Shown here piece after piece: positions 14,501 to 29,600 of a stretch of 64,000 bases of DNA. Every line of letters starts with the position of its first letter. Within the stretch, counting starts at the first letter, position 1. A program made the position numbers and the translations under genes. The DNA is from Octopus vulgaris (taxonomy: Eukaryota), in NCBI GenBank assembly GCA_951406725.2, contig OX597814.1:84568001-84632000 (forward strand), read 5' to 3'. Under the pieces are notes generated by a model. The model saw only the letters and a program-made list of their open reading frames with translations. It ran no database searches and was not told the DNA's origin.

Positions 14501-17500
14501 AGAGAATTAAGATGGAAGAAGAAATAACGGTGAGAAATATGTTGATTTAGTTATTGTTTTATTGTTATTCACTTTCCTATATACCCCTTCTTGTAACTTG
14601 AGGGTGCACCCTGACTCATCTTTACCACTGTTTTCTTTCTTTTCCAACTGGGGTAACTGTCTTTCTACATCAAAACACCTGTATATATCTGTCTTCTTAC
14701 TTCAAGACACCTGTATAGCCACCTAATTTGATACTACTATTCCTCCTTCAGTCAAGGAGTTCTTGTCTTGCAACTCGGTGAGTGACTTCACTAGTGCTGG
14801 TGTTACATAAAAAGCACCCTGTTCAGTGGTTGGCAAAGAAAGGGCATTCAACCTTAGAAACCATGTCAAAGCAGACATTGGAGTGTTTGGTACAGTCGTC
14901 TGGCTCACCAGCTCCTGATGCATCACCTAACCCAGTGGTTCTCAACCATATTTCCCTATGGACCCCTTTGATTCCTATTTTATGCTAATGGACTTCCATA
15001 GCCATTTGATGTGTATAAAAAAAAAATACATCTTCCTGTATTTTTAGAATTAAATATTAAGAATTTTATTAAAAAATTAAGAATTATGTGTAATGAATTG
15101 ATTATGCTTCTACAATACACAAAATATTTTAACAAAAAAATCTTATAGCCACCACCCCCACTCCCCAGGGCCACATGGAGCCCTCCTGAGAACCACTGGT
15201 CTAGCTCATGTCAGCATGGGAAATAGACTTTAAATGATGATGAGAGTTTATGTTTCAGTCATTCTGCTGCAGCCTTGCTGGTAGCACTAACTTTGAGGAT
15301 TTTTAAGTGATCTTATTGAACCTACTCTCTTAATCTTCTACCTACTTCATCAATCTCTGTTAATTGAACCATTCTATTTATCAAATTGGTGATGAAACCA
15401 TGTTGATGAACACAAAATTGAAATATTAATACAGGGATCTTGCCATGGGGGACTTTAGCTTTCATTTTTCTGAGGTCATTAACTCTCTCAGACCTGAGCC
15501 CCTGTGTCTAACTTTACATTCCTCTGGGCTCCTGAGCAAAAAAACAAATAGTTGCATACACTACTCAAGAGTAATGATTGAAGGCAAACTAATGGACAGA
15601 ATCACAAAAAACTCAGAATAATGATAATAATAGGCTTATCTCTCAAGTATGTTATTTGTCCACCTGAATTGCTACTTTCTTCATCACTTTCACCATTTTG
15701 ATTGTCTGAATTACTCATTATCTACATAAGAATAAACTCTTCATCTGAAGAATAAATATCATCATTGATAACTTCCTCAAATGCAAAGAGTTTAGGCCTT
15801 GCTTCTTTAGCAGACAAAGTGCTGGTAAACTGTATTTTATCGACCTCACCTCTCTGATATTTGTTCAGATCCCACCAGGATCATCTTTGATTTTCACCTT
15901 TTTAACATTGAAAAAAAAACTACCATTCTTGCACCATATTTCTAAAAATAAGTGCAGGCATGGCTTTGTGATAAGAAGTTTACTTCCTAGTCACATATTT
16001 CTGAGTTCAGTCCCACTGTGTCACACCTTGTGCAAGTGTCTTCTATTAAAGTCCTGGGTCAACCAAAGATTTTGGAGTGTATTTGGTAGTTGGAAAGAAG
16101 CCGGTTGTGTGTGTGATTTACAACTGGTATTGGTTTGTTTACATTCCTGTAACTTAGCGGTTCAACACAAGAAACAATAGAATAAGTACCAGACTCAAAA
16201 ATATATAAAAATTGTAAGGTTTACTCATTTGACTATATTCTTCAAGGCAGTATCCCAGCATGGTCACAGTTCAGTGACTGAAACAAGTAAAAGATAAAAA
16301 AATTAAAAAATAATAACTTTGAGTATGTAGATGAGTTCTGACAAATGTGCATGTTTTATTTCCAGAAAAAGAACATAGCAGAAATTCAAAAATGTGAGTA
16401 TGCCCTGCAACAAATGGAAAGTTCTGCCAGATACCGTGATGAAATCTCTGCTGATTTGAAATCTGCTGTAAGCTACATTACAATTTTAATTTTCTTTCTT
16501 AATTTTATTATTAATTTTGCAGCAGTAGGGCTATGTTTGTCCCCTTTTTGAGAGGTTGTTAAACTAAAGGATCAAGATCATTAGATGATATTGCATTACT
16601 AAGCCTCACTTGAGCTGATCAAATGTAACCAATGATCAGCCTAAGGGACATAATGATCTAAGATTTAAGGCTCAAATATGTTTCCCTTTTTTTGTTGTGT
16701 TTAGGGAGAGTCATTACATCAATAACATAGGGATTTTGACCCTGGATAGCCAAAAGGACATGATGTTGATCAAAGATTTAAAGCTCAAATATATGTTTCC
16801 TTTTTTTTTTTGTGTCTAGGGAGTCATTATGCTAATATTAATAATGTGGGACTTTGACCCTGGCCAGCCTAAGTGACATGATGTTGATCTAAGATTTAAG
16901 GCTCAAATATGTTACCTTTTTTTTTGTTGTGTCAGCTGTCTCATCCATATGCATCACAGTCTTCTTTCTTGCATACTACATTTGATTCTTCTTATTAATT
17001 TTTCTCTCAACATATTTGTACTTTGTCATTCATCCACACTTAACGTTACACATCCAGTAGAACATACTAACATAATTTCTTTCTAGTCTTTTCAAGTCCT
17101 TTACATTCAAGGCTCATGTCTTACTACTATGCAGTTTTGCAATTCTAACATAAACATCACAATACATGACTGGATTCTTTCAGTTTCCTTTTACCAGATC
17201 TATTTATAAGGCTTTGGTCAGCGTAGGGCCATAGTAGAAGACACTTGCCTAAGGCACCATGCAGTAAGACTGAACCCAAAACTGTATGTTTGAAAAGCAA
17301 ATTTCATTATCACACAGCTGTACTTGTGCCATCCCACAAATTTCTGAGTGTCCTATACTAAAAATTAGGTCTTAGAACAGGTACACTGTACCCTGGTTAA
17401 TTGTAAGAGGTAACTAAAAGGGTTGGCATCAGAAAGGGTATCTGGCTGTAAAATACTGCTGTAGAAAGCCTCTACAATTCATGCCAGTAAAAAGATGACT

Positions 17501-20500
17501 AATGATTCTTCAGCTTAGAAGCAAGTATTTTTTAAGTTCACATAATATATTGTAAAATGTATTACTTTATCTGATTAATATTTCAATAATGCATTTCTGT
17601 TCTGTTGTGTTAATAAAGCAAAAGTCATTGAAAGCTACTGAGGAATCCATCAATGTTGCTGAACTAAAGAAAGAAATTCAGAATATGTCTCAGGAGAAGA
17701 AAACTCTGGAAGAACAATATGATGAACTTGAGTATGTAATTATTTAATTTAATATTTTGATATTGCAATTTTCAAATAATATCATCATTGGTTACAAATT
17801 TCCAATTAGCCAATTAGTGGTTTGTTCACTGAGAGTAATAGTGGCAAGGTAAACTTGGTAAACTTTTAAGAGCACTGCTTTTTCTCTTCTTCTTTTGGGC
17901 TGATGTTTATATCTTCATCAAAATAAAGTGAAAGGTACAAATGAGCATGCAATCTCACATGGATTTGTGTGTGAGTATACCTATTGTAGAAAAGATTATT
18001 ATTGTTGTTGTTATGCAGTGTCCAGTACACTTTCAGATTCCTGAGGTGTGTGCAACATTGTCTTTTAAGAGAGTAGAATTGCTGTTTGTATACTCTTTTC
18101 TATAATTGTAGTGTTTCTAGTTTACTTGAGTGTTTCATCTGTTTGTTGTGTAGAATATGTGGCATGTGATTTCTGTCATTTTTGGGAGTTCAGTAGTGAT
18201 TGCATATAGTTTTTATTAGTAGCAGTAGCACTGATGTGTCATTGAAGACTACCTATTTATATTTACTAATAACAACATCATCACCGTTCATCATTGCCAT
18301 TTAACAGCCATTTCTCATTGCATGAGTTAGACAGAATTTATTGAGGCAGATTTTCTACAGCTGGATGCCCTTCCTGTCACCAACCCTTAGGTGAGGGTTG
18401 GTGACAGGTAATATTTCCCCATGACCAGATATATCTCAGAAGATTGAAAATGAAGGATACTGCTTGCATGACAGTGATACCCACTTACAACTATCCTGTA
18501 ATATCATGGCAAGGAGATAGTAATGTACACACTGTGTGGGCTTCCACACAGTCTCCATCTATCAGATCCACTCACTAGGCTTTAGTTGGCCCATGACTAA
18601 TGTAGAAAATATTTAGCCAAATTGCCATGCGCTTTTGGCAATTAAATTTGTTAATTCCCTCCACGCCTTTCTTTTGATTAGCTATTTTATGTATGTGTTT
18701 AGGTCAAAATTAGCCCTTAGTAAACTGCATTTAATTTTTTTTTAATTTTGGAGTGTGGAGTACCCACCACTCATGATCACCACCCGCTGCATGCCCCTCC
18801 ACTATTCCTAACATGCTTGCCTACACACACTCCATGCCCTCACATATCTACCATTCCCACCTCCCAGCCACTTCAGTTTTCCTCACCATTACTTACTACA
18901 GTCTCCTTTTCCCTTCTCTAAACATCTCCCCTTAAACTCTTATAGAACATCCTCCTCTTTTCGCCTTTCTTTTCCTACTGGGGTGGCCAAGTATCTCCTC
19001 TATAGTAAGACACATATCTATCCTTCTATTATGTTTCAATCTCTCAACTGGCAAAAAGCCACCACCCTCAAATCCATTCCCTCTCCCAGTTGAGAAGTCT
19101 TTGTTTTGTAAGATTTTTGGCAACCCTGCTGGTGTTGGTGCCACGTCAAAAGCACCAGTGCAGGTGCCACATAAAAAGCATCCAGTACACTCGACAAAGT
19201 GATGAGCATTAGAAAAGGCATCCAGCTGTAGAAACCATGCCAGCAGAGAAGACAGACATTAAATGATGATGAGGTATCACTTCTAACCATATAGTTGTTA
19301 TTGTCATTAATTTGTTAAATTCTGATGTTTTCAGTATCTCTTTTCAGTGGTCTTCTAAAAAAGATGCATCAACATTCTACTGTACAGACTCAGATCAGTA
19401 TGTTAGACAAAGAGAAAACTGCAAAAGAAGAACAAATTAAAAAATGGTATGAAATGTGTTTTCTAGCATGGAACTTTTTCTCGTGACTGATTTAATTTAC
19501 CCTTTTGTCACCATATTACACTTGTTTCAATTAATTTTGAAAATAACAAAGAATTCATAAAAATAACTTTTTCATCATGAAGCTGGCATTTGAAACATAA
19601 ATTAACATGAAATTTTAACTGAAGGTTTTAATTCAGATCACTTTGAAACAAAAAGTTTGTATCTTAGGACTAAGGTGGGTTGGTATCAAAAGGTTTCGAT
19701 ATGTTACACATGGTTACACACTGGGCACAGTCATTCTAGGTTTTTTGTTTCCACTGTTTTGACATTTTAGAAAATATTCGTTTGAAGTAATTATCTGTTC
19801 AGTTGGATACTCCCTCTATCACTATCTGCTAAGCTAAAGTCTCTACTAAGTGTTAAGTTAGACCCCCTTCCTATTACTTTCTCCCAGGACTGAAATCTAG
19901 CAAGCTAGCTCAAGAATGGCTATCTGTGTTGATCACCAGCACAGCACTGGATGAATTTAAAACTATAGTTAGTGGTAGTACAGTACCTGTCGTTGCACTT
20001 ACTTCAAACTAATAAAGTTACTAACCCTGAAAGTGTTCCCTGTGTTACCTTTAAATAATACCTGCAAGAGCAAGTCCCTGTCTTCATCAGATTCTTTTAT
20101 CTGTGTGTATATGTTTCATCATCATCATCATTTAGCGTCCGTTTTCCATGCTAGCATGGGTTGGATGGTTTAACTGGGGTCTGTGAAGCCGGAAGGCTTC
20201 ATCAGGCCCAGTCAGATTTGGCAGTGTTTCTACGGCTGGATGCCCTTCCTAACGCCAACCACTCCGTGAGTGTAGTGGGTGTTTTTTACGTGCCACCTGC
20301 ACAGGTGCCAGACAGAGCTGGCAAACGGCCATGAACGGACGGTGCTTTTACGTGTCACCGGCACGGGGGCCAGCCGAGGCTGGCAACGAACATGAACGGA
20401 TGGTGCTTTTACGTGCCACCGACACGGGGGCCAGACAGAGCTTTTTATACATAAATATATATTATATATATATGATGAACTCTCCTGTTGAGCATTCTGC

Positions 20501-23500
20501 TTTTGCCAAACAACCGGCACACAAATGATTTGTTTATAGTGATCAAATGTTCGTGCCACACATTATCTCACTCTCTCCATCCAAATGATGTTATTTGAAC
20601 ATGCACTGTCAGATGTTGAAGTGATCTCAGAGCAACATAAAATGAAGTGTTTTGCTCAAGAGCACAACATAACACCTGGTCTAGCAATTAAAATCATGAT
20701 TTCATGATTGTGAGTACAACCCCCTGTCCACCAAACCATGTGCCCACGTATATATATATATATATTGGATTCTCTTGTCAGCTTCAACATATGAGTGTCT
20801 AACAACCAATAGTTGTGAGACTGCCTAAACAGCTGCTTTGTTTTCATTAGTGAAGTTTCGCATAAAATCAGCCACACCATACTCTTTGGAAATGCTGATA
20901 GCAGAAATGTGGTGCAAATGTTTGCCACAAACTCAATAAACAATGTGCTTTAGGCTTGTTTGTCAGAGTTTTCCATCTCCTAGGTTAGTTAACTTCACCT
21001 AAGCTTAGAGCCTAACACATTCAGTCATCTTGCATGCAAAGAAAAATCCAAGCTTGCACTACACATTTGTAATCTAAATGTATGCACAGGAAAGGTGGCA
21101 TTAGTTTGGCAAGAAAGAATAAAGTCAGATACATTTTGAATGCATCTTTGTATAAAGGAAGTCATTCTTTGACTACAAGATAATTTATAGCTGAGTGAAG
21201 CCTTTTTTAGCAGTTAGTATATCCAAACACTGCTGCTATAAGCGATAAAGTATTTTTTGTAATCCAGGTACAAGCATACTTTGGTAGAAGGTTTGAATTT
21301 TTATTCATAATTTATTTTTTTTATTTATAAGATTCTGTTTGCCTCACTTACTAGATTTAAACCAATGGTTCCCAAACTTTTCCAGGCTGCCTCCCTCTTA
21401 ACACACAGGCCACATTCCTAGTGCCCCCACCCCAACTAACCATCACAAACATAGACCTCTTTCTGAAGCAAATTCAAAACAACTGTATTTCACAAATAAT
21501 ACTTAACCTAATGAGCCCATTATTTTGTTATTTTTACATGAATCACTACCCCTTTATCACCCCACTTCAATGCCCCCTTGCAACTTTCCACCACCCACTT
21601 TGGGAACCACTGATTTAAACTGTTTCTATTTCCATTTAGAATTTTGTGTTATACTATGTATGTATGGCTTTAAAAAACCATTGCTACTACAGTATCAAAG
21701 TTTCCAAGTTTGTGAATGTACTTTTACTCTCTAATACTTAAATTCAATATCTGTAGTGTTAAGCAGCTAATTGATAGATATACCTATGGATTGACATAAT
21801 TATTTTCATAGAGAGAAAAATGAGAATTTATATAGAAACCTGATGTTATTTTCTGTAGCTAGTAGATTAGGTCTGAAACATTTAAAATTGATGTGTGGCA
21901 TAAATGAAAGCTTAGATATCATCTGACAAAAATTATCATCAAAGGAGAAAGTTGTTTTATAAATATGTTTGCATCAGTTAAGTTAAAAATCTGAATTTTC
22001 CTCTCTTTCCTGTATTCATAATATAAATAGGAAGTATTTAAAATTTTATTTGCTTTATCTAAAAATATAGTATTGTCTCCAGCAATTATATTCAAAGAAA
22101 TACCATGCAGGTTTAATTCAGAACATCAAAATATAACTTTATTTTCATTCTTTTGTTATTAGTAAATCACGCCATGAAACCAGCATTATTCATCTTTTGG
22201 GAGAAATGCCACGTAATGATCTCCGTGGAACTTTGGATGAATATGTGAGGTAAAAACCCTTTATATTTATCATAATTCTGCCATAGTGAAGAAGTTAATT
22301 TTTATCAGCCTTAGTGGAGAGGGTCATTTTTAGGCTTCTGTCTAAACAAACAATTTAAATTGGTTCTTTGTATTGCAAACCAAGTGTGATAGTTGTGAGG
22401 ATATAAAGTCATATAGAAATAGACTTTGAAGTGAGAGACCTAGAATCAGCTTTGAGTAAAAATTAAATGACATTAAATTAGAACTTGCAGACTTCATCCT
22501 TGTGAAATTTTTTTGAAGTCAGGACATTGAGACAACAGCAGGTATGGCTGTATGGCAAACAAAGTGGCTTTGCAAGTAAGTATGTGCTTCTAGGTTTGAT
22601 TTTGCTGCATGGCTCCTTGGGTAAATGTCTTCTTTTATAGCCTTGGATTGGCCAATACCTTGCAAGTGGGATTTGGTAGATGTGTGTTTGTGCATGTGAA
22701 TACACACAAACACATACATATCAGATGTCACTTGCAATGGAGTATGACTTGAAAGTGGTAAAAACTTTCCCTCACGTGTATCATGCCTTCCACTGCCAGT
22801 CAGCATACAAAGATATTTTGGTTGACTAACACTAGTCTCAAAAGTCCATATTAAAGTTATGCTTTTAAAATGTATACCCAATCAGCTGAAGGTACACATG
22901 ACATTCTGAAAAGTATATATACCAGCACACATCCTTATTTAATACCATTTGTCACTTGTAAGGCTGTCATCAACTTTCAATTGTCTTCTGTCTTGGTGTG
23001 GCAAAATTCACTACACCAGAGCAGTAAACTTGTCAGGACATGTGTACATCACCATGAATCTCTTGAGTCCTTCATGACTGACAGTGTTCAGTGCATTTGT
23101 AAGGTCAATAAAGGTTGTATTTAACACCACAAACTGGCCCTTGGAAAATCTTAAGCAGCATCCACTTCGTTGAAAACGTTTAGGCCGAGTTATGACTCTG
23201 GTCTGATGATAAATTACCCCTGTCAGTCACAAAGGCCTTGAAATGGATTTTAGCACAACTTAAGAAGCTTGCTTCCTAACCATGTGGTCTTGGGTTCAAC
23301 CCCACAGCATGGTAACTTAGGCCAGTGTCTTCTATCATAGATCTTGGCTAACCAAAGACTTGTGAGCAGAGTTTTTAGAAGGAAACTAAAGAAGACACTC
23401 CATTGTGTATGCATGTATAACATATACATTGTACATTCATACATACACATATATTGTTGTATTTTGGGATGGTCTTTTTTTGTTTTCTTTTTGCCAAATA

Positions 23501-23894
23501 AACACATGCACTAATATAATCATTCTTCACTCGTTTATTACTGTTCTTATTCTAACTCATGTCCATTGTCCAGAAATCTTTCATCACACATTTGTGACCT
23601 TCTCAGTGACACTTTCCATCTTTGTGTGTGCTCTTGCTTTGCTTATTCCATTCTAATAGAATAAGCAGAGCAAGAGCACACCCGAAGATGGACAGTGTTG
23701 CTGAGGAAGTCACAGATGTGTGACAAAAGATTTCCGGACAATGGACGTGATTTAGAATAAAATCATTAATAAATGAGTGAAGAGCGAATATATTGTGTGT
23801 GTTTATTTAGCAAAAAAGAAAAAAATAACCATCCTGAAATACAGCAATATCTGTTTCAACACATGACTTCACATCAAGAATCTTGCAACACAAA

Positions 23895-23934
<40 letters not shown>

Positions 23935-26562
23935 TTAGAGAGATATCAATCAGGCAAAATACTTTATAAGCTCTCTGATAGCACACTAGGCTAACAATAT
24001 TGTTTAGAGTAGTAAATAACTCCACATATACTTGTGGCAGGGTCTGAGGTCATAGTTCATCATCATTCTATATTGTAAATTCATAGTTCTGTTCCAGTTA
24101 TACTGGTTTACTACAATAAAGAAAAATATTTAATGACCATTATTTATACCTAGTCTTTTACACACACACACGCACACACAAACATGTACTAGGTTGTTCC
24201 GAAAATAATGGCTGCTCTAAGTGTTGTGTTTTGAAACGCAAATTTATCATAGTATTTTAATTATATGTTAGGTGAATTTCAACATACTTAATAATTGATG
24301 TATGCTCTTTAATAATATTCTAGTTATTTCAGACAGAAAACATTCTTGAAGCATAAGCACCGTTAATTATGAACATGACAAAAAAGGACCTTCGCTTACT
24401 TTTCTTGCATGAGTTCAAGCTTGGACACAATGCCTCCCAAACTGCTGCCAATATCAACAGAGCATGGGGGGAGGGGTCCACAAGTGATCGCACAGAACAA
24501 AGGTGGTTTCAGAAATTCCATAGTGGTAATGAGAGCCTTGAAGATGAAGAAGGTAGAGGATGGTTATGCAGTCTTGACAGTGAACAATTGAAAGTAATTG
24601 TTGAACAAAACCCCGTGTCAAAGTGTCAGAGAAATGTCTCAGGCACTTGGAATTACAGCAGTCTCACGCAATCTGCAGAAGATTGGTAAGGTGAAAAAGC
24701 TTGATAAATGGGTACTGCATGAGCTTAATGAAACTCAAAAAGTTTGGCATTTGAAGTGTGCTTGATGCTCCTTTTGTGAAACAACAATGATTCTTTTCTT
24801 GACCAAATAGTCACTTGTGTGACAAAAAGTAGATCCTTTATGATAACTGTAAATGATCAGGTCAATGGCTTGATCACAATGAGTGTTCTAAACATTTCCC
24901 AAAGCCAAAGTTGCATCAGCAAAAGATTATGGTGACTGTCTGGTGGTCTGCAATTATGGTTGTCCATTACAGCTTTCTGGAAACCAATCAGAACATTATA
25001 GCTGAGGTTTACTACAATCAACTCACTGAAATGCATGCTCACTTGCTAAAAATAAGACCTGCATTGATGAATAGCATGGTCCAATTCTGTTCCACGATAA
25101 TGCAAAGTCACATATTGCAAGAATGACGCTGCAGAAACTCACAGACTTGGGATACAAGACTTTACCACATCCTCCATATTTCTCCTGATCTTTCACCCAC
25201 TGACTACCATTTTTTAAAGCATTTAAATATGTTTTTAAGTGATAAAACTTTTAGGTCCAAACCAGAGGTGGAATCAGCTTTCAAACATTTCTTAGCATCA
25301 AAGCCAATAAATTTTTATTAACGAGGTATAAATAATTATGTTGATTGATGGCAGAGATGCATAGATATTCACAGCTCATACTTTGACTAATCAAAACATT
25401 TTTATTTTTAATTTTTCCAGAATAAAATTATGTTTCTGAAATCAGCCATTATTTTCAGAACAACCTAATACTTATAAGTACATACAGATGTATGTATATA
25501 TATGCATATGTATGTGTGTGTTGTACCCTTGTCTTGATATCATGTGGTGGTTGTAAACAAGCATCACTGTCATACAAGCGTTGTTGTTTGTTCCTAGTCT
25601 TCTTTGAAAAACATGTTCAGCCCTGAGGAAATATTATCTCGGCTGGAAACTGGTGAGAGTTGTGACAGGAAGAGCATCTGGCTGTAGAAAACTTGCCTCA
25701 ACAAATTCTGTCTGACCTATGCAAGAATGGAAAAGTGGATTTTAAATGGTAAAGTTGATGGTGGCAGTGCAGCCACTGCTAAGTCATTTGATTAATCCAT
25801 TAAAAAAAAAAGAAAAGAAAAATATGATGCTGCTTCTAACTCATCTCCTGAAGTTAATGTACTGTGAACATCATGTCAACTGTATGTAGTATTTTTAGCT
25901 ATATTTTGAGTTATTTAGGTATATTTATAAAGCAAGTCATTTAATCAACATGTGTCTTTTATTATATATTCTAGTGATAGATTTCATTATTAACAAAGAC
26001 AAAGGCAGCAAGGTGGCAGAATCGTTAGCATGCCAGGCATAATGCTTAGTGGCATTTTGTCCATCTTTACATTCTGAGTTCAAATTCCGCCAAGGTTGAA
26101 TTTGCCTTTCATCTTTTCAGAGTTGATAAAATAAGTACCAGCTGAATACTGGGGTCGATGTAATTGACTTATCCCCTCCCTAAAATTGCTGGCCTTGTAC
26201 CAAAATTTGAACCCTATGTGGTGAGCTGACAGAATCATTAGCACACTGGGCAAAACTCTTTGTGGCATTTCATCCGTCTTTATGTTCTGTACTCTAGAAG
26301 ACCCATCCTCCATAGCAGAAGTGTTAAGGCTGCATCCTCTGGTGAAGAGGATTAGCCAAGAGTCTTGTGTTGGTCCCATGTAAAAGCATCCAGCACACAC
26401 TGTAATGTGGTTGGCATTAGGAAGGACATTCAGCCATAGAAACCAAGTTAAATCAAACTGGAACCTAGTTCAGCTTCCCAGCTTCTTGCCACTTTTGGTC
26501 AAACTGTCCAACCCGATGCAGCATGGAAAATGGATGTCAAAGGATGATATCGATCACTCGCA

Positions 26563-26606
<44 letters not shown>

Positions 26607-29600
26607 ATCTATAAATCAAGCATTGATATTTTTCAAATTTTCTGCAGCAAACAGTCAAATAATGTTCAAAAGTCAACTGAAAAGTTGGATAAATTAAGGC
26701 AAGACCTGTCCAGTAAAGAAACTCAGAAGAGAATGCTCTTGTAAGTTGATGTATTTTGTTTTGTTTTTAACCTTTTTATCTTCATTGAATATATGTAGTG
26801 GAGTTTCTGTTCTTGATTGATAGCAGTTGATATTAACTTTGAATTGTTGAAGACTAGAAGTGGGATTTTGAGAGATGTTGTGGACAGGCAGAATTTCAAG
26901 AGTATAATTTTGAAGAGAAATCTTGAACAAAGTGTTCAATACAGAATGGACATTCCTTTTACTATTTGGTATGATATAGAATGTACTTGTGTCAGGAAGG
27001 GTCATTAAATACTTAGAACCCTTCATAATGTTAACTACTCAACCATCTGACTAATTAACAAACCTCTGTTCACCAACAAGCTATAACTAAAACCCATCTG
27101 ATACACTGTGTTCACTTTCTGCTTTTTCTCTTATGTAACTTCTCTTTCTACTCATAGCCAATTTAACAGCACAAACTATTCTAAACCAGCATCAACCACT
27201 GAAAAATATAGCTTTAAGAAAATAGACTACTTAAAGAAACACCTATATAATCCATAATTTTCTTATAAGCATCACTGAAAAACGTCATTTACAGCCATCA
27301 TACTCAACAAACAAACACTACATACACATACATGCATACATGTGCTTGACATGCATGTACATTCATGCACACATCTATGAGACAAAGACCAGCCAAGTAA
27401 AGAAAGCCAAATTACACTGTCTGTAGCAAGTTCTTATCTCCTGGCATATCTTGCACCAAAGTTGGTTTCCTCTATGTAGTAACTTCAGGTTATACTTATG
27501 AAATTACTTGGAATTAGTTTTCCACTTTTGTACCTATTACACTGTGTAACATGATTTTTGTCCTTGGGTAGCAACCATTATTTCTTATTTGCTTACCCTT
27601 AGAAACTATGAAAAATGGCTAATATTTCCTTGAAATTTTGCATTTGTTACACTTAATCCCACTGAACATATGGCTGTGATGCTCCTACTCTATTCCTGCT
27701 CATGATCAGAGATGCATATATTATCAGCCACTAAGGGACATGCTCAGGTGGTTATGGTCAAGCAACTGACAAGCAAATCTGTGGTATTGAGCAGACTATT
27801 GGCTATAATCATACTTCTACTTCAGCAACTCAGAATTGAATCTGTCTGAAGTGTAATGAAAAGTAGGTCAGATTCAAAACATTGATGTTCAGGTCACAAA
27901 AGCAAAGTTTGACGGGAATCATAGTCATTTCCTTTGATTTCTAAATAGGAGCTAAAGGAAATAACACTTACTGACCAAAGACAAAAAGAAAAAATTGTTT
28001 CACTGTTATTTTATAAACTTTTTTTTTTTATTTTGCAACATAATTTATCTTGTAAAATTTACATTTTCATTTCATGCAGAGAAGAGATGCGGAAAAGAGA
28101 GAATGAATTAAAAAGTGAGTAAAAATGTTTTTGTTTTTTTTTCATAACAGCATATAACAATGACAATGTGTTGGATTGGCAGAATTAGCTGAGCATTCGG
28201 CAAAGTGCCATGAGATTTTAATTACTTTTCATGTTCTGAGTTTAAATCTTAAAAGAATCTAATGTGTTGAAAGTTGACTGTGGCAGGATTTGAACACAAT
28301 GTTAAGACCTGTAACTAAATAATATGAAGCATTTTCTCTAATGCCTTAACAATTCTGTCAAATCACTGCCTTAATCCATTTCTCAGTAACAATGTTACCA
28401 TTCTTGTTTGATCAACAGTTACCATTCTTGTTTGATCTACTAGAAGTAGCATTCAAATCTCCCTCATACACACTCTACCATTTTAAGAAAAGGAGCAACA
28501 CAGATTTTGTAGTCCTAAATAAACTATTCCTGAAAAAAGACAGGAGGGTTACAAACGGATTCCTTATCATAGGTCTACTCGATCAACTCCATCTGGTTAC
28601 TAATGTAAGTTGGTAGAGTCACCACTGTCCAAGTTAGCAAATTTTTATTCAGAATTATTACCCTCCTAAACAGATCAAAGATCACATCTCACTCGGACTT
28701 TTTAAAAAATTTTTATTTATTTATTTTTTTTGTGGCATAAATAATATTTCAAATCACTTGTTTCCCTAACTTACTTTTCTTTTGGTGACTATTTCTGCAG
28801 AGCTGGAAGAAAAGCTGCAAGATGCTTGTGGAGAGGACACTTTTGAAGATAGCTTACAGAGCATACAGCTAAAGCTCACTCAAGTGCAAGAGTAAGATCA
28901 CTTTAAGGTTATCTCTACATATTTTCTGTAGAAATTATATTAATATACTTTGTAGTATATTATAGTTACATAACAAAATACAGTGTCCATACCAGTCATT
29001 AAGATCAGTTTGTTTTTTTCAGTTTACTGGGATAGTTTATTTATTTACTACTCGAGTACTGGGGTTGGTACAATCACTTGTTCCACATACAGTTTCTTCC
29101 CCAGTTTCTAGTCACTTACCTAAATTTGAAATAATTATCATTGGAGACAGCCAGCTGGCAGTTTTACAAATTAGAGCATCTGAAAAAATGCCTTGCACTA
29201 TTTGTTCCAGTTCTCTACATTCAAATCACATCAAAGCCAGCTTTTCCTTTCATCCCTTTGGGCTCACTAGAGTTGATGTAATTGATTAACACTCTCTCCT
29301 CAAAATAACTGGTCTTGTGCCTAAATTAGAAACCATTATCACCTATCAACAATATAATTATGAATGCTTTTATGCACCACAAATCCTAATGAGATACCCT
29401 CTTAAGGTAAATAATGCAGTAACCTGTGTTCTAATTCATGCTCCACTTAAATTGAAGGTCAAGATTACCGTTTGGTATTAATACTGCTTCTATTGCTATT
29501 AATTCTTCTTTAATCAGCCCACTGGCTATTTGCAACACCAGTTCCTAAGTAGACACTGAGATTCTATATATAATTGATGGGAGATTCAGCTGTTATTAAG

